64,000 bases of DNA, from positions 186,001 to 250,000 of the forward strand of contig MNCI01003467.1 of the NCBI GenBank assembly GCA_015680685.1, in the 5' to 3' direction. Each line of letters begins with the position of its first letter. Position 1 is the stretch's first letter. Below are positions 12,474 through 22,997 of the stretch, piece by piece. A model generated the notes under the pieces. The model saw only the letters and a program-made list of their open reading frames with translations, made no database searches and was not told the DNA's origin. The translations under genes and the position numbers were made by a program. This stretch comes from Gnetum montanum (Eukaryota; Plantae; Gnetophyta).

Positions 12474-12524
12474 GGCCTCTCTTTGTTGATGTCTTAAGGG
12501 TTGACCCAAGAGACATCAACAGAG
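12474..12524 (-). promoter_or_regulatory. PPT of B with adjoining stem-loop
   Basis: Minus strand aaagagaggcc-aa-TG. Arms ctttgttgatgtct (12481-12494) and agacatcaacagag (12511-12524). Confidence 0.8.
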
Positions 12525-13435
12525 ATTACAAAACACCACCATAGGTCCATCACCATGTTTCCTCTTTGCACTTGATTCCATAGTCTCAAACCATGCCAAA
12601 GTATTCTTGTGATGATGAGATAAGGTTATGATGAGATAGTATAATACATATTCTATGTTTGATCACAAAGGAATAGTTACAGGGGTTAACAATGAATTTC
12701 AAATGTTGACATCATGGTTGTGGTATGATAGTGACATGCTTGTTGATTAGTATAGTCTTCATGCTCCATGCTTAGAAGTGTCGATCACTTGGTAATGTTT
12801 GTGAGGAATCAACACTCTACTCCAAGGCTTCTTTGGCTATTAGGATCCTCCCTCTTTTTCTAATTCATTGATCTAGCTCTTAGGCTTCATTGGCCTTTTG
12901 GCTTCATGGCTATTTTCTTTTCCATCTTTTTCTTTTGGGTGAAGCCTTCATTGGGTTTCATTGTCAAGTCTAAACTCAATTTGATCTTCTTATTAAATGA
13001 GGTGTATTACATTCAACAAACTTGATAGTGGAGCATGATGAAGGAGATGTCAAATGACCATAATGCATGAACGTCAAACATAGGTCATCATTGTTGTTCA
13101 AGATAAGAAATATTATAGTGAGGAAATGGGATTGTGGCTTCAGGATGGGTAATAGAAGTGAGGTGAAACAAAAACTCTTGATATGATAGGACAATCTTAC
13201 CAAATCTCACACATCAAGGTTAGTTGGTAACTTGCTTTTGTGATGATTTGCACCTTCACAATAACTTAAGGCTTCATCTACAAGCACAACTCAAAGAGAA
13301 CAAGAAAATAAGACAAAGAAAACATGTAATTATAATTCATTGTACAAGGCTACAAGAGATAACTAGCAAACCACAAGCCACCATAGGCTATTATCATTAC
13401 AACATAGAGAGAGATCCATGAAATGTGTATTGGTT

Positions 13436-13461
13436 AGAGAGAGAGAGAGAGAGAGAGAGAG
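13436..13461. repeat. (AG)13 microsatellite
   Basis: Directly visible. Confidence 0.95.
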
Positions 13462-14099
13462 CATTTAGTCTTGATTGTTATAGATCATTAGAGTTATTAA
13501 CATTAATCATTCATTCCAAACCTATCAATAATGGTAAATAATACTACATGCAAACATATGAGTGTTAGATGCAACTAGGGGCAAGTGATGGTTTTAATGT
13601 TCCTTTGCAAGGATTTGATGGTGTCTTGAGTAGGCTTAAGTTCTAGTGAGGAACTAGGGTTCATGTGCTTTCTTCTCACCATCATTATTTAGATGGGAAT
13701 GCTGACTAAGGAACCCTCCATGATGTTTTTGAATTCAAGGTCAATGGTCATCAATTTACTTCAGGGTGTTACGGCAAAATGGTTTCAAGACTTAAGGTTT
13801 GAACATTTTGAGATCAACTTGGCCTAACAACATCATTAGAGGAGTCTATCATGCCTTTGAGGCTAGTTAAGGTTACTTCCTCATCCTCTTCACTCAATCT
13901 TGCATGTCAACATAAGCACATCAAGTGGAACCTATGTGATATAATGGTTAAAGAATGTCAAAACAATGTAAAATGCTTTAGTTATAATGCCTAGATAAGT
14001 CAAAACACATTATATAAATGCTCAAACAAGGTCTAAGCATGGTCAACAAAGTCTATAAGAAAGATGTTAATGTAAACTAGGTGAGTAGAAGGCTAAATA

Positions 14100-14600
14100 G
14101 TATGAAATGAAGCCAAATTATCATTAAATGATAATTATATGAGGTCAAATGATAACCTAATGATGATTAAGCCCCATCAAATGATGTTGAACAAGGTCAT
14201 AGCATAGTCAACAAAGGTTATAGAATAAATGATAAGGTAAGTGGGGTTAATCAAAGATTAACTAATTTGAAGTGAAGTCAAACAATAGCCAAATGATGGT
14301 CAAGCCTCATCAAATGATCTTAAAGATGGTTAAACAAGGTCATGATGATATTCAATGACAATAATTAATGTCAAACCAAGTCCATTGAGGTTAAATGATG
14401 TCAAATGATAGAAACATATAGTGGAATCAAGTCCAAATGATTCTAAAATAATGAATATAAAGCCAAATGACATCAAATGAAATAACAATAAAGGTCAACA
14501 ATGTGTAACAAGTCAAAAAAAAAATAGAACAAGACCAAACCTATCAAGGTGGAAAACATGGGCTAAATCATGGTCAATATTGATCAATCATGATCAAAGT
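14100..14600. repeat. Degenerate low-complexity region rich in gtcaaatgat
   Basis: Many tcaaatga / gtcaa words in close succession. Confidence 0.55.
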
Positions 14601-14714
14601 TTATCAATTTTAGACGTTAGCAAGCTATGGTGGAAGGCTATAGGGTTGATGAGGGAGTCTTGATACTTGAAGTGGTAATTTCAAGGCTTTTGGAGGCAAA
14701 AATGGGGTCCTTTT

Positions 14715-16130
14715 CTAAAACCACATTGGCCAACATGCTTTTGGCAAGGCCCAACCTAGTTTTTTATAGCTACCAAAAATGTAGTCCTTTTCTAAAACAT
14801 TGGAATTTACAGGTTTTTTAGGGCATGTTTTGGATTTTGGTGGTCTATGTTGATAGCTAGTATATTGGGAGTGAAGATTGGTAAAATTTGGCATCATTTT
14901 GACTCCCAAAAGATCCCATATTCCACCAGAAGATAAAAACTATGATGTACAATATAGTTCTCTCTATGTCCAGCATGGTTTCATGGAACAAGTTAATTTG
15001 TGACATCTTATGATTGAAATTCATGCTCCATCAACTTCCTAGGGTAGCATAGGGGCATCAGGTTTATAGACTAGTCATTTGAAGGTCAAAAAAATTCATT
15101 GAAGGTGAAGCTTGAAGACTTGAATCTCAAAACTACCATGGCTAGCATAGTTTTTAATGGCCTCACTATAGTTTGATAAAACCTAAGTTTTTTATGTTTA
15201 AAATGAGGTCAAATGACATCCAGTTTTAATGTTTGAGGTTCTAGGCTTCACCAATTAAGTTTTAGGTCATCTGGAGTACTATGGGATAGTCAAACCTACT
15301 CAAGAAATTAAGACTATATTGGCCAGTGTAGTTTTAGTCTCATCTAGCATAGTTTTATTGAAAAATTAACTTTTGGTCCATTTTTGTGGTCAATCGAATG
15401 GGTTCACAAGTTCCTAGTGTCACTAGTATCTATGGCCAAGGTTTAGGCTTAAAATTATTGATTCCAAAGGTCATTGGCATCTTGATATTACCATCTTCCC
15501 CAAAACTACATTAGCTAACATGGTTCTAGTATGTCTTTGGAGAAGATGATGAATTACAACCATTTTTAACTTAGTTTCTAAGGTTTGGTGGTCTCTAAAG
15601 GGTCTGCTAGGGTTCTAGGGCTAGGATGATGCATTTGGAGGTTAATCTAACATGTTGATGGCTTGTTATTAGGTTTTCATAGAAAATCAATGTTGGGACC
15701 ATGCTAGCTAGTATAGTTTTAGACTTACCTAGTGTATTTTTAAGTTTAAGATGAGTTTCAACTTATTTTTGCCTTTTTATATGGCATCCCATGGTTATTG
15801 GAGGCTTTGGGAAGGTTTGAACACTAGGGTTTGCAACTTTGAAGGTTGGTAGAAGTCCTATTGATTTTCATGATTCTCAAACTTTAGTACACTACATTGG
15901 CTAGTGTATTTTTGGGGTCCTTTAACATGGTTTCTCAAGAATCATAGGTTTTGGAATCTTTTGGAAGGTTTTAGGAGGTCCTAGGGCTAGCATAGGCTCT
16001 AGCTAGGATTTGGGGCTTTGTGTGATCATTTAAAAGTTAATTTGAAGCCTAACTAGTATTGAGAATTCCCATCCCCATGAAACTATGTTGGCTAGCATAT
16101 TGTTTCTCTTGGCTAGCATAGTTTCTCAAG
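14715..16130. repeat. About eight copies of a palindromic AAACYAYRYTGGCYAGYRTRGTTT-like motif at ~190 bp spacing (B)
   Basis: Copies near 14717, 14936, 15129, 15312, 15502, 15697, 15890 and 16080. Confidence 0.75.
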
Positions 16131-18377
16131 AATGACTAGTTTTGGCTATGTGTTGGCCATTCTTGATGTTCAAGACATTCAGTAGCCATAGTTTATTTTC
16201 AATTTTAGTGTGAGGCTCATTTGGCTTTAATGGCTTAAGGATTGATGGCTAGAAGTTGAGTTATGGTAGTGGTTGATGCTTAGAACTCATTCCAAGGCTT
16301 ATTTTTGGAATTAATCCTAGTGTCACTTTTATCAAAAGTTGCAAATCCCATTGTATTAGAATTTTTTTTTCTTTACTTGGGATGCACCTAGTGAGGCACA
16401 CCCAAGTTTATATTGTAATTTGGTTTAAAATTTCTCACAAAAATAGTGTATTTGGACATTTCTCTTGTGAACATGGGGTTCACTATGAGTTTTGTGGATG
16501 TTGTAGGCATGGGACTTGGATTATCAATGCATAACTGTGAGAATACTTTCCACATTGCAATTTTACCAAACTCTATTCCCTTAGCTAATAATCCATAGGA
16601 AACACTTGGAATCAAGGATTTCCCATCAATTTTGGCTCTAATATCATTCATCCTTAGTGTAGTTTCATCATTCTTCATCAAGGAGTAGCATAGTTATGAG
16701 CAAGGTGCAAGAGAATAGGATAATTTTGCATTTGCTACCTTAAGATGTTCAAGAAAAGAACATCAACAAGCAAAAACCCATTCCTAGAGGTGGCAAATGC
16801 TACTACCAAAATAACCTCTAGTTCACCATAGCCTCTACTTGAAGAGGACTCATCAACAATGACTACCAAGTACCCCTTTCCTAGCCATTTTTATGAATTT
16901 CTATCCTGAAACCTAGGCATTCTATGTTGGTTAGGCTTGTAGGTTAAATGAATTTTGGCTTTGAATGGTTTGGATGTTGTATTTTGGTTGTAGTCAAGTT
17001 CTTATGGTGTTTTTTTTTTTTTGGCCTTAGGGTCTTCTCATGCCATGTTTTGAAATTTTTATTTTCTCCTATTCTATGTGTTTTTGTTGTTTTATTATCA
17101 GAAAAGGTGGTCAATATTTATAATATTTTCATAAGAATTTGGTAGAGAATTTTTGGGTTTTGAGGTCATAGGGTTGTTGTACGAGTTTTAATATTTGTAA
17201 AAAGAGTTGAATCACTAATTTTTGGATATGGTTAAGTTTTTTATGATTTTTTCCTATAGCCCAATGCGTAGTCATTTTTTCAGTTTTCACTATTTTTTAC
17301 TGAAAAGCAATGCCATTTTACAATTTTTTTTTTAAAGAAAACATTATGGAATTTTTGGTTTTCAAGTCCATAGATTTTTTATATGTTTTTTAATGGTCAA
17401 ATTAGTGGTTTAATCATTGATTTCTAACATACAGTTATTTTTTTATGAATTTCATTATAAACTAGTGGATAGTGAATTTTTAGTTTTTTACAATTTTTAC
17501 CCCTTTGAGTTGGTAGCATTGACACTTCAAATAATTTTATCTCCAAATTTTATAGGCTCCTAGGGGCTTTTAGGACTATGTGAAAGTGTTTGGCATCAAT
17601 TTTAAAATTTTTTGAATTTTTTCCAAGGCTTTTACTATAGCGATTTTTTTGTAAACTAGGTTTTTCTCAAAATTTCAAAATGCTTATAGGTTGTCTTGTG
17701 AATTTTTCCTAGGCCTAAAATTACAATGGTAATGTTAAATTTTGTGTATATACAATTCCTAGACTAAGAAAAAAAAATTGTAAAAACTTATCATTGTTTT
17801 TGTTGATGTGAACTACCTTGTATAGTTGTAGTTTCAGCTCTTAAAACTGCAAATCTACCAGTCTATACAAGTAGCATTAGTATAATTTTTGGATTATTCC
17901 ATGAATTTTTTGGTCCCATAATTATTATTTACATTTTTTGTGTTGATTTCCAATAGACTTTTGGATTTTTTAAAATTTTTTGCCTAGATTTCCTAGAGTT
18001 TTACTATAGTTGTTTCATTGTAAACTAGGATTTCTAATCAAAATGTCATCAAATTCGATTTGGGATTTTATAATTGTTGTTGTGGGTTAAATATTGATAT
18101 AGGCTAGTTCTCATAGTTTTAATTTCTTTTTACATAAAATTTTTGTATTTTTTATATGTATTTTCACTATGAGACTACCATCGATATTAATGGACTAGTT
18201 GGTTTTTGCCTAATCTTTAGTTAGACTTTGATTTATTTTTCATGGTTGAAATTTGTGAATTTGATTGTTTGGATTTATGTGTGAAAACATCATCATCATG
18301 CTTATAATTTTTATTTAATAGTTTTTTAATATTTTTTATGATCATGCAAGGTTGTAATGATCATCTTTGGGTTGTGC

Positions 18378-21300
18378 ATGGCCTTCTTGAACATTATCCT
18401 AGTGGTGGTTGAGTTGGTTGATCTATTTTGTTGCATACACACACCAGGACCCAACACTCCATCTCTTGATATGGTCTTATACCATGGTTTTCTCTAGTTT
18501 AGGCCAAGGGCCAAGTAGTTCTTAGCCTTTTTCTTTATAACTATAGTATGATCCTATGGTCACACTTGGCATCAAACATAGCAACTATCATTGCAATGAA
18601 TCTGCTACCTCATTCTACTAGCCTTATTTTCAAATTCATAGTTGAAAACCCTTAAAATAATGTGAAAGATGACTATTTTGATGACATGTACACCACAAGC
18701 ACATGTAAGTTATCCAAAATTTGGGATATGCCTAAGTTTATCCAGTACAATGCCAACAACACATTGATGATAGATCACCATGTCCACACTTTGTTTGAAA
18801 ACCCTCCTAGTAATTTCTACCATTTAGAAGGATAAGTTTAATTCTAATTTTCTTGGTTCATCTTTTATTTACACTAGGTAACTTAAGTTTAACAATTTTT
18901 TTTATATTTAAATTCTTGCAAGTATAGGGTAGATGATTAAGGATTAATCAAGAGTGACTAAATCTTGTCATTGGCCCACACATCACTAAAGGTCTTTGCC
19001 AAAAGCCAAGAAGTAAGGCTCATGGTGATGGAATAGCTAAAGGATGACCTTGGTAGGTATACCTTGTGCTATTCTCAGGCCTACCATAGATGCTTAGCTA
19101 ATGAGATGGCTCATAGCTGGTGGAGTCTTCCAAATATGGGCACATAAACACATATACTCCTTAGAGTCTCCATTACCTTCATTAGATATGAAAAGTTAGA
19201 ATATTTATTTATTTATTTTATTTTTTAAATAATATCAATGTTTCTAGTAATATAGTTAATTATTGTCTAGGCTTTAATTATTTGACTGGTTTTGTCAATG
19301 TGGCTACAAGTTTTATTTTAATTTGTTATGTTTGTTATACTTTTTTGTTTTGCATGATGTGCCTATGCCAAAGCTAATGGGCTATTTTTGTCATGTTGTA
19401 AGGGTTGCACCAACATCCACTATTGTCATGATTACTTCAAGATATGCAGAGGAGGTACTTATCCTCAAGTTTGATGATGTGGATTTGACATAACATTGGT
19501 TGGCTAGTCAAGCATCTAGAGACATCTAGGCAAGGATTACAAATGCAGGCCTTTTTGATTTATTTATGGTGCCTAGCCCAAACATACCTCCCTTGATATG
19601 GTAAATGTCATTAACTCCTTTGACAAAGGAATTAAGAAATTCATCACTCATGTTCATGGTGTTCCTATCACTCTGGTCATCAATGAATCTACCTTCAATG
19701 ATCTCTTTAGCATTCATTGTAATGGCATGAAGGTTACCAACAAAGCAAGGAAAGATATGGGCCATAGGAAGGAAGTGGAAGAATGGATAAACACTCATCG
19801 TGATCATGCTAGATTGTCTCTATACCAATGCCAAGTCATAGAGGCTAATGAGATGTATCCATTATTCCAATCCTAGGTTTTTCCAAAGTTATTATCACAA
19901 AAGAAGATCCTAGGCATTAAACATGCTTGGACCATGAAGAAGGTCCTCATAGAGGTTTCTTAGTTCAACTGGACTGCTCACATGGCTTCCGAGCTATGAG
20001 AGCAGATCATAAAACTCCAAAAAAACCTTGATACAATATTCCATATACATTTTTCATTTTTTTTGTAGCATATCTAAAAAGGTTTATAGAGCTCCTAGTG
20101 GTGAAGAAGGATGGACAATGGGTAAGTCATGATCAAGCCCAATTTTCTAAACCTTGAATGAAACACATTATTCCAACCATGAAAATTTAGAACCCATGAG
20201 TGGAGGATGTTGAGGAGTCATTGTTTGTTACCACTAAGCATTTTAGTGGCATGTGTTGTTCCTCGCCTAACAGGATGGAGGTTGAACCTCAAATTGCCTA
20301 CAAGAATGCTAAAAAGGCCAAGGAGTTACATGCTAAGGTTGACAATGCAATCAAAGCTAAGTTGAAGAGGCCTATGGTTGAGGCACTAGCACAAATTTTT
20401 AAGGAGCCTTTGAAGAAGAAGTTCATTGTTAAACTTGGCCAAGCACATCAAGAAGTTGTAGGTACATTTCACTTGTGTTATTTTTATATAAGTTATCTTG
20501 CATCTATGTTTTATATTATATGTTCATGTTGTTATTTTGTTTTAGAAAATATATGCTAACTCATTCTATATTTTATCTTCACTATTCTTGTAGGTAAGCA
20601 ACAAGAATGGGCAGCCCAAGTAGCGATAGTGGAGGCAGAACAAAAATTCCTAGAGATGACAACACTACCATGGCATGAGGATGAGAGGCTATCGAATGCC
20701 ACATTGGATGCCTTTAATGCTATATTTGAGAATTTACAATTTGGTGAACGTTCTATTATTATCTAATATAATCTTCTAGGTACTTAGGAATCTTGTTTTA
20801 TGAGTTATATGTTGTAGTCTCATGTTACAATTTTTCTTTAATCCTTAGTTGATGCTTATACTTATTGTAGTGCTTGAACCCCACCAAGAAGCATCTACCT
20901 CTACATTCTGAATGAAATCATGGGTGAAAGTTCCTAACAAAAGCAAGTTTATGCATGTAATGGCCAAAGACATGATCGATCAATTGCAATAGATTGCTCC
21001 CTATGTTGGTAAGAACCTTATCTTATTTTTGCTTTAACTATTTTTATTTTTTACACATTTTATTTCATATGGATTTATGATTATATGGTCTTAGTAGTTT
21101 AAACTATATTTCTGGTTATTTTGTTATTCACTATTTTTTTATATATTTTATTACATTGTCTATAGTGTCCAAGGTTGGATGGGATTCCAACCATGCCATT
21201 AAGATTGATGAACTACCCAACCTATCGCCCAAAGTGGAAAATGTTCCATGAAAGTTATATGAAATTACCACTACATGTGCACTCTCATGTGACAAAACTT

Positions 21301-22184
21301 TGTGGAAATGTCAATGCTCCAATGAATTCCTATGGGAGTTAGTTGTATCATTGGAAAAGAAAAATAAAAAGTAGGCTAACAAGATTAAAGACCTTAAAGA
21401 TCGTAAGGAGTTTGTAGAAGCCCAAGTGGCTAATAGAGACTCCTTGCGAACTAAGGAGATAGAATTGTCATGATATTGGAACACCATCCCTAGCAAGGTT
21501 GCTTTTGCTAGGAACCTTGTGGAGCAAATTTTATAGATGAACTTATTGACACATAAATCCAAGGAGTGGAGGGACTATTATGCTTAGGTCCTTGAGTGGG
21601 GCAGGATGCAAAAGGATCACAAAAAGAAATACAAGCCAAAATGAAAAAGTTACTTAAAGTGGATACAAGAGGATTCCATAGAGAGGCACAAGTTAGAGAT
21701 GTTCATTTAGGAACTCAAAACTAGGGATGCCTTCAAATTATTTGTAGACTCTTTGGTGGTAGCTAATTCCCCTACTCGTTAGATCACCACTACTTTAGGG
21801 AAAGCAACTACTACCATCCTTTCATTAGAGTTACCCACATAGATTGACATCAAGGAGACAAACATCTTAATGGGTGTTAATCTTAGGGAAGTGGACTGGG
21901 TGAACATGACTGAAGACCAGATTCTCCATTATCTATAGGTTGGTCTTCAGAACTTTCCTCCAGAAGATGTTGCACCTAAGGCTTCCCAAGTTTGTTTGTT
22001 TAAATTATTTTTAATAGATTTTAGTTTAATTTATAATATTTTTTTCTTATTATGTTTTTTATCACAAAAGCTATTTTTATTTTATGTTTTATATTTTATT
22101 TTGTTATTGCAAGCTACAGGTGATGGTAGTGGCCTTAGTGGCCAAGATGTTGGTGATGGCCCTCCTCCTCTAGTTGTGCCTTAG
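18378..22184 (+). pseudogene. Antisense ~7-exon gene of B: FCP1/NIF-like HAD domain, transposon-like domain and coiled coil
   Basis: Approximate exons 18378-18832, 18921-19195, 19402-20460, 20594-20780, 20850-21008, 21166-21990 and 22113-22184. Introns are T-rich with GT/AG-like ends (gtaag 21009, tatag 21161-21165). Motifs FRPRAK*FL..YSMILWS and KLSKIW..YNANNTLMIDH..LFENPP. The same exon order occurs in C. Confidence 0.8.
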
Positions 22185-22649
22185 GCCCATTAGTTTAGAT
22201 ATATCATTGATTACCTCACTCATTTCTACTATGATGTTTTTATTATCACTATTTTCATTCACTATTTCTAGCCATTAACTATTATGAGATGGTTTATTAT
22301 ACTTTATTTATTTTATTGCTGCATAGTGTAGCCTTCACTACTAGATTGTTAACTATTTTTTGTTATTATTTGCTAATTAAACTTTTGTCATACTATGTGA
22401 CTATGGCTATGAGTTATGAACATTTTGTTATAATTATTTTTTATCTTTGCCTATACCTTCCATCATGTTTAGTTTTATGCACTTTATATTTTTATAGTTT
22501 ATTCATGTCATGAGGCTACATTGATGAAATATAAAGCTACAAGGCAAGGTTTTGTATTATGTAAAAATATGAAATAATTAAGCAAACGAAATATGTACTA
22601 AGGTACAACAGCTACAATGGAACTAATATATAGAAAGGTTATATATGTG

Positions 22650-22735
22650 TTGCCAATTTAGGCCTTGGTAGACCATCAATTTAGGGCCTCGACTTCCCAT
22701 GGGTTGCTAATTCTAGGCCTTAGCAAGTCATGGCA
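22650..22735 (-). repeat. Three degenerate ~28-30 bp units downstream of the gag-PR stop (B)
   Basis: aatttaggccttggtagaccat-like units, the reverse complement of the D array at 31348-31600. Confidence 0.65.
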
Positions 22736-22997
22736 AAATGTTTTTATAAGTATTTTATGTTTTTTGATTTTTTTATGGATTTTATGTTTTAATAATTTTA
22801 TGAATTTTTTCATGTTTTTGTAAAAGAAAGTGTAAAAAGGCAAACTATAAGTAATAGCAAGTTGTATACTATGTGAAAAATAAAGCTAAAAGATGGTTAC
22901 ATAAAATGTAACTACAAGCATAGGTCTAAAAAAGGTTTTAAAAAAAGGATAAAGCTACAAAATTATTGTCACAAGGGTGAGTGAGTAGGAAATGTAC

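Noticed and set aside
18378-22184. Interpretation as a host gene that happens to lie among transposons
   Set aside because: It lies inside TSD-bounded element B, recurs at the same position in C, A and D, and is decayed to the same degree as gag.
22289-22513. Hydrophobic F/L/I/Y-rich short ORFs (also 7089-7451, 16948-17145, 39642-39854, 56914-57096)
   Set aside because: They arise from T-rich introns, UTRs and LTRs and are not conserved between copies.
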